64,000 bases of DNA from Mobula hypostoma (Eukaryota). The stretch is from positions 992,001-1,056,000 of the forward strand of contig NC_086098.1 in NCBI RefSeq assembly GCF_963921235.1. The letters run 5' to 3'. A program made the translations under genes and the position numbers. This document shows positions 24,024 to 36,886 of this stretch, piece by piece. The notes under the pieces were generated by a model. That model had not been told where the DNA came from, searched no databases, and was given only the letters and a program-made list of their open reading frames with translations. Within the stretch, counting starts at the first letter, position 1. The number at the start of each line of letters is the position of its first letter.

Positions 24024-25439
24024 CACCTCTTCCTACAGATGCTGCTTGGCCTGCTGCGTTCACCAGCAACTTTGATGTATGTTGCTTGAATTTCCAGCAT
24101 CTGCAGAATTCCTGTTGTTTATTATCTGAATGGTGGCCAATTAGGAAAAGGGGAGGTGCAACGAGACCTGGGTGTCATTATACACCAATCATTGAAAGTG
24201 GGCATGCAGGTACAGCAGGCGGTGAAAAAGGCGAATGGTATGCTGGCATTTATAGCGAGAGGATTCGAGTACAGGAGCAGGGAGGTACTACTGCAGTTGT
24301 ACAAGGCCTTGGTGAGACCACACCTGGAGTATTGTGTGCCGTTTTGGTCCCCTAATCTAAGGAAAGACATCTTTGCCATAGAGGGAGTACAAAGAAGGTT
24401 CACCAGATTGATTCCTGAGATGGCAGGACTTTCATATGAAGAAAGACTGGATGAACTAAGCTTGTACTCGTTGGAATTTAGAAGATTGAGGGGGGATCTG
24501 ATTGAAACGTATAAAATCCTAAAGGGATTGGACAGGCTATATGCAGGAAGATTGTTCCCGATGTTGGGGAAGTCCGGAACGAGGGGTCACAGTTTGAGGA
24601 TAAGGGGGAAGCCTTTTAGGACTGAGATTAGGAAAAATTTCTTCACACAGAGAGTGGTGAATCTGTGGAATTCTCTGCCACAGGAAACAGTTGAGGCCAG
24701 TTCATTGGCTATATTTAAGAGGGAGTTAGATATGGCCCTTGTGGCTACGGGGATCAGGGGGTATGGAGGGAAGGCTGGGGCGGGGTTCTGAGTTGGATGA
24801 TCAGCCATGATCATAATAAATGGCGGTGCAGGCTCGAAAGGCTGAATGGCCTACTCCTGCACCTATTTTCTATGTTTCTATGTTTCTATAAGTGGATCCA
24901 TTAAGAATGGACCAGATAGCCAGGGGCACAGTCCCATGACCAGATTGTGTGGGGTCTCCGACAGTCTTGTAAGATGCTCCTCCCTCCATCTTTTCTTGAG
25001 CTAATCAGAGAGGTACGGGAAGTGGGGAACGCGTTGGAGGCGAGGGAGGACTCGGTCAGCAGGGTACAGTCCTCGGTAGTGGTCCCCTGTGGTGAAGTGA
25101 CCACAGATAGCCTACGCCGGGGAGCGGTAGAGGAGATTGTGGCAGAGTTGCGAACAGAGATATGTTGTCTGGGTGTGTGAACCCCCCCCCCCATATGATG
25201 GAGCTGATGGGGGCACGGATCCCCTCAGGGGACGAACAATGCGGAGGGCTGCTGGCAGCAGGTGTCATGCCAGAAGGAGAGTGAGCCCCGGGTACCTCAG
25301 CAGGGAGAGTCGTTGGGAAAACCTAGAGGAGACCCAGTGAGGGAAGGACCTGGTGTCTCTGGGGGAACACGGTCCCAGCAATGTGCCAAGGAACCCCCGA
25401 AAGCTAAAGGCCCAATTCCTGAATGCTTAGAGGAACCAT

Positions 25440-25830
25440 GCTCCAGTGTGTCGCTACGAACAGAGGGTATCTATGCTAAAGCCATACTCGACACCAGGTC
25501 ACAGGTCACGTTGTTGTACCGTTCGTTTTACAACCGGTATCTGAAGCATTTACCCTTAACCCCATTCAGGGCACTGGAGATCTGGGGGCTTAGTGCTAGT
25601 GATTATCCATATGACGGTTATTTGTCAGTGAAGTTGGAGTTCTCGGAGGCCGATGTGGGAGTGTCTGAGGTTCTTGATACATTAGTGCTGGTTTGTCCGG
25701 ACCCTGTTGAGAATGGCGGCGTTTCAGTTCTGGTGGGGACCAACACCCCTCTTGTGAGGAGGCTCATGGGGGCCTGCAAGGAGAAGGCTGACGAGAGCTT
25801 TCTGGGAACATTGTCCGTGCACATGGTGGT
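25440..25830 (+). pseudogene. Gypsy-2 aspartic protease remnant
   Basis: AILDTRSQVTLL (DTG changed to DTR) ... VLVGTN. Confidence 0.8.
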
Positions 25831-26407
25831 TTGAGCTGCTTTTGAGGAAGTGTGCGCCTGCATTAGGCTGGATACCAAACTTAGACAAGGGACTGTGCGG
25901 TTCACCCAGTCGAAGCCAATGGTAGTATGGCTCGGAGAAGTAGCGAGAGTGATGGGGACACCCAAATTTTCCAGAGTGACTGAGGGTGAAGCCCTCTTAG
26001 TGGACACTCCGGAAGACCACGAGAGGGAGTCGGGATTTCCTACAGGGGTACTGGTGAGGCCCATACTGCAGAAGCCCTCAGTTGTATAGGTGAGCAGGAT
26101 GGCAGTGATTGTCAGGAACACTACGAAGGGGGAGGTCACCTTCAAGCGGGCGATGACCCTGGTGCATTTGTTCCTGGTGACGGTAATGTCTAGTGTCCCT
26201 GTGAGACAAGACGGGGAGAAACTATTGGAAAAAGCGGAAAAGTTGACTGCTGAGTCATTCAACTTTGGGGACTCCCCAATTCCTGGGGATTGGAAAAGGA
26301 GGTTGGTAGAGAAGACGTTGAAGCTGGAAGGTGTCTTTTCCACTGGTGCTGGGCCATCCGAAAGCTGAAGGGTCAAAACTTTCCCTGGACAAGTACCAGT
26401 TCTGCCA

Positions 26408-27405
26408 ACATAGAACATAGAACATAGAATAGTACAGCACAGTACAGGCCCTTCGGCCCACAATGTTGTGCCGACCCTCAAACCCTGCCTCCCATATAAG
26501 CCCCCACCTTAGATTCCTCCATATATCTGTCTAGTAGTCTCTGAAACTTCATGAGTGTATCTGCCTCCACCACTGACTCAGGCAGTGCATTCCATGCACC
26601 AACCACTCTCTGAGTAAAAAACCTTCCTCTAATATCCCCCATGAACTTCCCACCCCTTACCTTAAAGCCATGTCCTCTTGTATTGAACAGTGGTGCCCTG
26701 GGGAAGAGGCGCTGGCTATCCACTCTATCTATTTCTCTTATTATCTTGTACACCTCTTTCATGTCTCCTCTCATCCTCCTTCTCTCCAAAGAGTAAAGCC
26801 CTAGCTCGCTTAATCTCTGATCATAATCCATACTTTCTAAACCAGACAGCATCCTGGTAAATCTCCTCTGTACCCTTCCCAATGCTTCCGCATCCTTCCT
26901 ATAGTGAGGTGACCAGAACTGCACACAATACTCCAAGTGTGGCCTAACCAGAGTTTTATAGAGCTGCATCATTACGTTGCGACTCTTAAACTCTATCCCT
27001 CGACTTATGAAAGCTAACACCCCATAAGCTTTCTTAACTACCCTATCCACCTGTGAGGCAACTTTCAGTGATCTGTGGACATGTACCCCGAGATCCCTCT
27101 GCTCCTCCACACTACCAAGTATCCTGCCATTTACTTTGTACTCTGCCTTGGAGATTGTCCTTCTAAAGCACCTCACACTTCTCCGGGTTGAACTCCATCT
27201 GCCACTTCTCAGCCCACTTCTGCATCCTATCAATGTCTCTCTGCAATCTTTGACAATCCTCTACACTATCTACAACACCACCAACCTTTGTGTCGTCTGC
27301 AAACTTGCCAACCCACCCTTCTACCCCCCACATCCAGGTTGTTAATAAAAATCACCAAAAGTAGAGGTCCCAGAACAGATCCTTGTGGGACACCACTAGT
27401 CACAA
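26408..27405 (-). mobile_element. CR1 subfamily C 3' fragment nested in Gypsy-2 pol
   Basis: ORF 26478-27233; (TTCTATG)n tail. Confidence 0.92.
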
Positions 27406-30400
27406 TAGCCAAACATCTGTTAGTTATGTTGGGCCCTAGTCTCACGGGATGGAGTAGTTAAAGATCCAGCTAAGATAGAGGGGTTACCACTTGGCCAAGG
27501 CCCCAAATTATGAGCGTTCTGCGCTCATTCCTCGGATTCTGTGGTTACTATCGGAGGTTTGTGAAAGGCTACACAAAAGTGAGCCACCCATTGAATCAGC
27601 TTCTGTGCGGTTACCCTCCCTTGGGAAAGAAAGGTAGAGGGAAAAAAGGACAGCAGGGTGGAAAGGATCTTAGCCTGTTGGAGCCCTTTGGACTGAGGAG
27701 GGATGCAAAATGTGAGGAGGCCTTTCAGTCTCTGAAGAAGCGGCTGACCCAGGCACCGGTGCTGGCTTTTGCGGACTCCCGATTGCCATATGTACTGCAC
27801 ACAGATACCAGCCGAGAGGGTTTGGTGGGGTCCTGTATCAGGATCAGGGCAGCAGGTTAAGGCCTATTGCATTTGTCAGCTGGAGTCTGTCGCCCTCTGA
27901 GAAAAACTATCCCATGTACAACTTTAAATTTCTGGCGTTGAAATGGGCGGTGGTGGATAAGCTGAATGACTATCTCGATGGGGCCAAGTTTGAGGTGAGG
28001 ATGGACAACAACCCCCCAACTTATATCCTGACCTCCGCAAAACTGGATGCCACAGACCTTTGGTGGTTGGCAGTGTTGTCTGCCTATGATTTCAGCGTAA
28101 AGTACCGGCCGGGGAGCCGGATCATTGATGTGGATGCTTTGTCCCAACGGGGGCATGAGGGACTGGACAGGGACGAGGAGTGGGAGAGCGTTCCTACCCC
28201 TGGGGTGAAGGCCCGGTGTCAGTTTGCCATCACCATGAAGGCAGAGGAAAAGGAGAGGCAGGATCGAGCGGTGACTGCTCTGACTGCTCTGAAGACAAAT
28301 CAGCTGCCAAAATTGAGTTCTGGGGAAGTAGCAGCTGCTCAGCGAGATGATCTGGGCATTGGGCTTTGGGGATTGGGCAGCGGTTGAAAAGGGAGACATG
28401 GGCGAGGAAGACAAAACATGCGTCAAAACCTCAGGGAGGGTGTCTGGTGATTGAAGACCCGAAGCACCCAGTGATCCGAGGATGCATTGTTGATGGTGTG
28501 TCCCGGTGCACACCCAGTTCATTGAATGAGCTGGAGTTGGACCATGATGGTGAAGGGCATGGGCCGGATTGGCCTGGCTTCACCACACAAGCCTGTCCAT
28601 CGTGGCACCTCGTGCCTCATCGCTCAGAACTCCGCGGCCTTGCCTCTCCCAGCCACACATGTACTTCCACCGGCCCAGCACTCGAACCCAGTCCTGGGGT
28701 TCAGGGGGGCACACACCCCCACAGGCCCTGGGCACATCCCGATTAACCCTGGTAACAGCCCCACAGGCTCTAGACACACCCTGATTTGCACTGGCCACAC
28801 CCCCACAAACCAGATGATCTGTGTCAGGAGGGGCAAGATCCAAGAAAGGCAAGTGTTGGACCTGGTTAATGAAGGCGTGGGTCAGATCAAAGTGGCAGGG
28901 TTGCATGAAACTGAATCTCAAGTGACGAGATCAAAAAGCACAAGAGGGCTGATATGCCCACTGCCCGAATGCTCTCAACCTAACCACCAGACTCAGGCGA
29001 GGAAGACAAAACATGCGTCAGTGCCTCCATTACTTCCAGGATGGCCTCAGTTGGAGTTAAAGAAGCAGAACTTATGTCACCCCCAGACCGACCTCGGTGT
29101 TTCCAGCCGGTTCTGGTGGAGAAGTATCCGAGGATTGTGTTGAGGTCACTTCATGAAAGATTCTGGACATTTGGGGGTGGAAAAGACCTATGGATTGCTC
29201 AGAGACTGGTTTTACTGGTCCTGAATGAAGTCGGAGTTTGAAGAATACTGCAAGTCGTGCATCCGATGCATACAGCGGAAGACACTGCCTAGGCGGACAG
29301 CTTCCTTGTCCCACTTGCAGAGTGCGGGGCCCCTGGACCTGGTGTGTATGGATTTCCTGTCAATAGAACCTGATGCCAGCAACGCGGCGAATGTCTTAGG
29401 CATCACGGACCACTACACCAGATATGCTCAGGCTTTTCCTACCAAGGACCAGAGGGCGACTACGGTGGCAAAAGTGTTATGGGAGATGTATTTCATTTAA
29501 ACAGGCCTTCCCAGGGAGATACATAGTGATCAAGGACGGGATTTCGAGAGCAGACTCATCTATGAGTTACCGGGTATGCTTAGAGTCGAGAAGTCGAGGA
29601 CCACACCCTATCACCCGCAGGGTGATCCCCAGCCTGAGAGTTTTAATCAGACCTTGCTAGACATGCTCGGGACCCTAGAGATCAGCAAGAAGAGCAGGTG
29701 GAGTCAACATATTGGGCATCTGGTTCACTGTTACAACTGTACATGAAATGAAGCTATTGGGTACTTGCCATATTATCTGATGTTTGGGCGCGAGGCGAGG
29801 TTGCCCATTGACCTTTGTTTTGGGACTCTCGAGGGTGACTTACCACCATAGACTTAACTGAGGTACGTGTCTAACATGAGAAGACAGTTGAAAAGGGCTT
29901 ATGAATTAGCTGGGTTGCGGATGCCAAGTAGAATCAAGGAAATAGGAGGAGATACGATCAAAAGGTGAGGTCCTCCCAACTCTTGCCAGGAGACAGAGTC
30001 CTCATAAGGAATTTGGGGTTACCTGGGAAACAAAAGTTGGCTGACTGCTGGGCGGCTACGCTCTGTGTGGTGGAGAGTCAGATGCCAAACCTACCAGTTT
30101 CCTGGGAGAAACCAGGGGATGGGAATGGGTCTGTCAAGATTTTCCATCGGAACCACCTGTTGCCCCTGCAACAAGAAGTGCAGTCAGACCCAGAGCCCGA
30201 TTTGGAGCCTACACCGAGTAAGAAGACTCTGTGGAAACGCGGAGCGACTGCAGGGCCCACAGCAGGAGAGGTTAGGCCAGCCCCCACCCCTGAGAGGAAT
30301 ACTGATTTGGAGGATGAGGACCTGGATGTGATGTATATGCTGTCTTTTGCTAACTCCCAATTGATTGAGCAAGAGACTCCTGGCCCTTCTCCTGCTGATT

Positions 30401-30768
30401 CAGGAGCGGGGAGGGCTATCCGTGGGCAGCCTGGGTTGCAGCGGGACTCTGCAGGGGAGGAGACAGGGCTTGGCCACGGGACAGAGGGGTCCGAGTTGCA
30501 GGTAGGTATGAGTGATAGGTTGGGGGAGGCCTCAACTGGTAGACCGGAAGTAACCCCAGTAGCGTCTGAACCTGAAGAGTTAGGTGAAGGGTTGCGGAGG
30601 TCTCAGAGAATTCGGAGACCATCGGATATGCTGGCTTACAAAGCACCAGGGGAGCAGAGTGTGACTGCTACCGTTTTGGGGACCTATGTCACTGTCTTGT
30701 GCACCTGGATTGGACTTTGTATTTTGCAGGAAGGGTTGGCGAATTATCTCAACGTCATGAGGACATAA
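27406..30768 (+). pseudogene. Gypsy-2 RT thumb, RNase H and integrase remnants
   Basis: LRSFLGFCGYYRRFV; LHTDTS; LALKWAV; DLVCMDFL..TDHYTRYAQAFP; HSDQGRDFES; PGDRVLIRN. Confidence 0.9.
28426..28995. other. Unidentified 570-bp insertion between 25-bp direct repeats
   Basis: GGCGAGGAAGACAAAACATGCGTCA at 28401-28425 and 28996-29020. Confidence 0.8.
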
Positions 30769-30789
30769 CTAAATTTGGTGGAAGGAGAA

Positions 30790-31348
30790 TGTAACGTACT
30801 GTAAGGTTTCACTGCTGAAGTAGTGGCTTCTCTGTAATGTTCCACAGCTAAGATAATGGTTTCTCTGTAGCAGCAATGTTTGATTGTGACTAGAGATAAC
30901 GGGGCATGCTAGCCAATGAGCAGGATGTTGTTCTTTCTTGTGTGTCTGGGAGCCGGGAATTCGCGGTCTTTTGCCGGGAAGAGATGAGGAGAGAAGACCT
31001 GAATGGAGAGAGTTGGTAGACTGCTAGTCGGAGTGGACCTGGAGTGAGGGTCTGAAGGTCAATGGTGGATGAACAGCCTTGTCAGTGAGCTCTATCACTG
31101 CGCAATAGACTGTTTCATGAGAATGGGCCCTTTTCTTTTTTTTGTTTCTTTACTAACCATATAGTCAAATGAAGAATTATAAAGCTCAATCATTTAATCG
31201 CATATTGTGTACTGTTTGTTACTTCGTGGTACTGATTTGTAACAGGGGACACGTTGCGCAGCATCCACCCAAACAAGACTTCTTAAGTTTGGCTGGGCCG
31301 GGGGCTATCATCCCCTATATTAAGCTGCTAGTTGAACTGAGAGTTACA
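30790..31348 (+). repeat. Gypsy-2 3' LTR
   Basis: Direct repeat of 20915-21493. Confidence 0.92.
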
Positions 31349-31575
31349 CTACTTTCTCAATAAGCCTTGCATGGCGGACCTTATCAAATCCACATACTCG
31401 ACATCTGCTGCTCTATCTGCATCAATGTACTTAGTCACATCCTCAAAAAATTCAATCAGTCTTGTAAGGCACGACCTGCATTTGCCAAAGGTAATACTGA
31501 CTATTCCGAATCATACTATGCCTTTTCAAATGTTCAAAAATTCTGCATCTCAGGATCTTCTCCATCAACATACTA

Positions 31576-32509
31576 ACAGACTCTCTTCACCATTTACACC
31601 TCGGACTTCAACTACTGCACAGAGTCTTGTCATCTTCAGAAGTTTTCGGATGACTCTGCCATAGTTGCATGCATCAGCAAGGGAGATGAGGCTGAGTACA
31701 GGGCTACGGTAGGAAACTTTGTCACATGGTGTGAGCAGAATTATCTGCAGCTTACTGTGAAAAAGACTAAGGAGCTGGTGGTAGACCTGGGGAGAGCTAA
31801 GGTATGATGAGCCCTGTTTCCATCCAGGGGGTCAGTGTGGACATGGTGGAGGATTACAAATACCAGGGGATACGAATTGACAATAAACTGGACTGGTCAA
31901 AGAACACCGAGGCTGTCTACAAGAAGGGTCAGAGCCGTCTCTATTTCCTGCGGAGACTGAGGTCCTTTAACATCTGCCAGACGATGCTGAGGATGTTCTA
32001 TGAGTCTGTAGTAGCCAGTGCTATCATGTTTGCTGTTGTGTGCCGGGGCAGCAGGCTGAGGGTAGCAGACACCAACAGAATCAACAAACTCATTTGTAAG
32101 TCCAGTGATGTTGTGGGGATGGAACTGGACTCTCTCACGGTGGTGTTTGAAAAGAGGATGCTGTCTAAGTTGCATGCCATCTTGGACAATGTCTCCCATC
32201 CACTATATAATGTACTGGGTGGGCACAGGAGTACATCCAGCCAGAGACTCATTCCACCGAGATGCAACACAGAGCGTCATAGGAAGTCATTCCTGCCTCT
32301 GGCCATCAAACTTTACAACTCCTCCCTTGGAGGGTCAGACACCCTGAGCCGATAGGCTGGTCCTGGACTTATTTCATAATTTACTGGCATAATTTACATA
32401 TTATTATTTAACTATTTATGGTTTTATTACTATTTATTATTTATGGTGCAACTGTAACGAAAACCAATTTTCCCCCGGATCAATAAAGTATGACTATGAC
32501 TATGACTAT
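31576..32509 (+). mobile_element. Rex1/Babar-like LINE 3' fragment
   Basis: KFSDDSA RT motif; KKGQSRLYFLRRLRSF (DUF1891-like) in ORF 31804-32355; AATAAA followed by (TGACTA)3 tail. Confidence 0.85.
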
Positions 32510-34830
32510 TAAATACCTCTGCTACCTCATCCGGTTCCATAAACACTTTTCCACTGTCACACTAGATTGGTCTTACTCTCTTGTGTCTTATCCTCTTGCT
32601 CTTCACATACTTGTAGAACGCCTTGGGTTTTCCTTAATCCTGTCCACCAAGGCTCTCTCAAGGCCCCTTCTGGCTCTCCAGATTTCATTCTTAAGCTCCT
32701 TCCTGCTAGCCTTATAATAGAAACATAGAAAACATACAGCACAATACAGGACCTTCGGCCCACAAAGCTGTGCCGAGCATGTCCTTGCCTTAGAACTACC
32801 TAGGCTTTACCCATAGCCCTCTATTTTTCTTAGCTCCATGTACCCATCCAGGACCTTCTTAAAAGACCCTATCGTTTCCAACTCCACCACCGTCGCCGGC
32901 AGCCCATTCCATGCACTTACCACTCTCTGCATAAAAAACTTACCCCTGACATCTCCTCTGTACCAACTTCCAAGCACCTTGAAACTACGCCCTCTCATGC
33001 TAGCTATTTCAAGCCCTGGGGAAAAGCCTCTGACGATCCACACGATCAATGCCTCTGATTATCTTGTACACCTCTATCAGGTCACCTCTCATCTTCCGTC
33101 ACTCCAAGGAGAAAAGGCCGAGTTCACTCAAACTACTCTCATAAGCAACACACACAAAATGCTAGTGGAATGCAGCAGGCCAGGCAGCATCTATTGGAAG
33201 ATGTACAGTCGACATTTTGGAAGAGGCCCAAAACATTGACTGCACCTCTTCCAATAGATGCTGCCTGGCCTGCTGCGTTCCACCAGCATTTTGTATGTGT
33301 TGCTTGGATTTCCAGCATCTGCAGATTTCCTTGTGTTTGCTATTCTCATAAGGCATGCTCCCCAATCCAGGCAACATCCTTGTAAATCTCCTCTGCACCC
33401 TTTCTATGGTTTCCATGTCCTTCCTATAGTAAGACGACCAGAGTGCAGTACTCCAGGTTGGGTCTGACCCAGGATCCTATATATCTGCAACATTACCTCT
33501 CGGCTCTTAAACTAAATCCCACGATGCAGGTCAATGTGCTGTATGCCTTCTTAACCACAGGGTCAACCTGCGTAGTAGCTTTGAGTGTCCTATGGACTCG
33601 GACCCCAAAATCCCTCTGAACCTCCACACCGCCAAGAGTCTTACCATTAATACTATCATATTTGACCTACAAAAATGGCCCACCTCAAACTTATCTCGGT
33701 TGAACTCCATCTGCCACTTCTCAGCCCAGTTTTGCATCCTATCAATGTCCCGTTGTAACCTCTGACAGCCCTCCAAACTATCCACAACACCCCCAACCTT
33801 TGTGTCATCAGCAAATTTACTAACCCATCCCTCCACTTCCTCATCCTGGTCATATATAAAAATCGCAAAGAATAAGGGTCCCAGAACAGATCCCTGAATC
33901 ACACCACTGGTCACAAGCCTCCATGCAGAATATGACCCGTCTACAACCACTCTTTGTCTACTGTGGGCAAGCCTGTTCTGGACCTACAAAGCAATGTCCT
34001 CTTGGATCCCATGCCTCCTTACTTTCTCAATAAGTCTTGCATGGGGTACCTTATCAAATGCCTTGCTAAAATCCATACACACTACATCTACGGCTCTACC
34101 TTCATCAATATGTTCAGTCACATCCTCAAAAAAATTAATCAGGCTCGTAAGGCACGACCTGCCTTCAACAAAGCCATAGTGACTATTCCTAATCATACTA
34201 TGCCCCTCCAGATGTTCATAAATCCTGCCTCTCAGGATCTTCTCCATCAGCTTATCAACCACTGAAGTAAGACTCACTGGTCTATAATTTTCTGGACTAT
34301 CCCTACTCCCTTTCTTACATAGAAATATAGAAACACAGAAAACCTAAATCACAATACAGGCCCTTCGGCCCACAAAGTTGTGCCGAACATGTACCTACCT
34401 TAGAAATTACTAGGGTTAAAATAGCCCTCTATTTTTCTGAGGTCCATGTACCTATTGAAAAGTTTCTTGAAAGACCCTATCATATCCGCCTCCAGCACTA
34501 TTGCCGGCAGCCCATTCGACATACTCATTACCCTCTGTGTAAAAAACTTACCCCTGACATCTCCTCTGTACTTGTACCCCATCACCTTAAACCTGTGTCC
34601 TCTTGTGGCAACCATTTCAGCCCTGGGAAAAAGCCTCTGACTATCCACACGATCAATGCCTCTCATCATCTTATACACCTCAATCAGGTCACCTCTCATC
34701 CTCCGTCGCTCCAAGGAGAAAAGGCCGAGTTCACTCAACCTGTTTTCATAAAGCATGCTCCCCAATCCAGGCAACATCCTTGTAAATTTCCTCTGCACCC
34801 TTCCTATGGTTTCCACATCCTTCCTGTATC
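32510..34830 (-). mobile_element. Cluster of minus-strand CR1 fragments (about 32510-32717, 32718-34315, 34318-34830)
   Basis: ORFs 32807-33049, 33531-33950 (FADD), 33984-34277 and 34400-34816; two tails. Confidence 0.88.
33146..33339. mobile_element. Short Penelope-derived hairpin insertion
   Basis: About 80-bp inverted arms; TSD CTA(C/T)TCTCATAAG (33133-33145, 33340-33352). Confidence 0.88.
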
Positions 34831-35134
34831 GTTGAATTAGTCAAGTCAAGTCGACCATAACTGCCGGTACAGTACACAGTAAAAACGAGACAACGTTTTT
34901 CAGGACCATGGTGTTGACTAGGGTATAATGGAACCTTACCATATTGATTTTTTTTCCAATTTAAGAGATGTCTACAGATGGGAAATCTGTTAATGTTGGT
35001 TATGCGGTTGAATTACAATTGTTAATGGATCGGAATCTGTTGACCTCTTGCTTGTCACTGACATGTGAACAATGCAGACTCACCTCTGCAGGTTTTCTAA
35101 ATTGATCTGATCGTTAGTAAGGGCCTGATTCTGA

Positions 35135-35350
35135 TAACGCTGCTATATGGCTAGGTCACAAAAGTTAACACACATAATCAGCAGCAACCTGGGTTCAATT
35201 CTGCTACTGTTTATAAGGAGATTGCATATTCTCTCTATGTCCGGCGGGCACTCTGGTTTCCTCCCACTTTCCAAGAAGGTACGGGTTAATAAGCTGTGGG
35301 TTTGCTACTGTGGCATCAGAAGTGTGGTGTCACTTGTGGGCTGTTGCCTT
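35135..35350 (+). mobile_element. V-SINE-like SINE, decayed
   Basis: B-box-like GGGTTCAATTC, then CTCTGGTTTCCTCCCAC. Confidence 0.6.
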
Positions 35351-36886
35351 CATAATGAGAGATGTCAGACTGTTGCAAATTGTCAGGAGGGCAACAGTGT
35401 GAAAACACTGTTACAACAGTAGTGTGTAGAAGAACATCTCTGAATGCATGGCATGTCAAACCTTGAAATGGATGAGCCACAGAAACAGAAGATCATGAAC
35501 ATACAAAAGAGCATAAGACCATAAGACAGAGGAGCAGAATTAGACCATCTAGCCTATTGAGTCTGTTCTGCTATTCAATCATGGCTGATCCTTATTTTTT
35601 ATTTCCTTCTCAACCCCAGTTCCCGGCCTTCCCCCTATAACCTTTGATGCCACGTCCAATCAAAAATTGATCAGTCTCTGCTTTAAATACACCCAACGAC
35701 CTGGCCTCCATAGATGCATGTGGTAAAAAATTTCATAAATTCACCACCCATTTCTCCACATCTCTGTTTTGAAAGGGTGCCCCTCTATCCTGAGGCTGTG
35801 CCTTCTTGTCCTGGATTCTCCCACCATGGGAGACATCCTTTCCACATCTACTCTGTCTGGGCCTTTCAACATTCAAAAGGTTTCAATGAGATCCCCACTC
35901 ATCCACCGAGTACAGACCCAGAGTCATCAAACATTCCTCGTATGATAACCCCTTCATTCCTGGAATCATCTTCGTGAACCTCCTCTGGATGCTTTCCAAC
36001 ACCAGCACATCTTTTGTAAGATGAGGGGCCCAAAACTGTTCACAATACTCAAGGTGAGGCCTCACCAGTGACTTATAAAGCCTCAGCATCACATCCTTGC
36101 TCTTGTATTCTAGACCTCTTGAAATACATACTAACATGGCATTTGCCTTCCTCACACTGACTCAATCTGCAAGTTAACCTTCAGGGGGTTCTGCACAAAG
36201 ACTCCAAGTCTCTCTGCATCTCAGATTCCTGGATTTTTTACCCATTTAGAAAATAAATTTATTTCTACTACCAAAGTGCATGACCATGCATTTTTCTACA
36301 TTGTATTTCATTTGCCACTTTCTTGCCCATTCTCCTAATCTGTCTAAGTCCTTCTGCATCCTACCTACTTCCTCAATGCTAGCTGCCCCTCCACCGATCT
36401 TCGTATCATCTGCAAACTTGGCAACAAAGCCATCTATTTCATCATCTAAGTTATTTACATACAGCATTAAAAGAAATCGTCCAAACATCAACCCCTGTGG
36501 AACACCACCAGTCACCGGCAGCCAACCAGAAAAAGATCCTTTTATTCCCACTCCCTGCCTCCTATCAATCATCCATTGTCCTAACCATGTTAGTATCTTT
36601 CCTTGGGCACCTTGTCAAAGGCCTTTTGAAGCCTCATGTGTGGCACCTTGTCAAAGGACTTCTGAAAGTCCAAATATACAACATCCACAACATTCCCTTT
36701 ATCTATCCTATTTGTAATCTCCTCACAAAATTCCAAAAGTTTCATCAGGCAGAATTTTCCCTGAGGAAACCAAGAGTGGAGTAACATTTGCACTTTTCCA
36801 GTCCTCTAGCACCAAGCCAGGGACCAATGATTTTTTTTGAAAGATCATTTCTAATGCCACTACAGTCTCCAACACTACCTCTTTCA

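Larger units (their letters stand above)
23020..24118. mobile_element. Penelope-like element insertion with inverted pseudo-LTRs
   Basis: Arms about 23020-23380 and 23664-24083 are reverse complements; 13-bp TSD TTATTATCTGAAT (23007-23019, 24119-24131). Confidence 0.93.
22213..24889 (+). mobile_element. CR1 subfamily A (RT to 3' end) nested in Gypsy-2 gag
   Basis: ORFs 22210-22683, 22705-23019 (FADD) and 24156-24791; AAGTG at 22208-22212 and 24890-24894. Confidence 0.95.
20915..31348 (+). mobile_element. Full-length decayed Gypsy LTR retrotransposon (Gypsy-2) with nested insertions
   Basis: LTRs TGTAAC...GTTACA at 20915-21493 and 30790-31348; degenerate tRNA-Pro-like PBS after 21493; PPT before 30790; gag, PR, RH and IN remnants; TSD degenerate. 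Confidence 0.93.
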
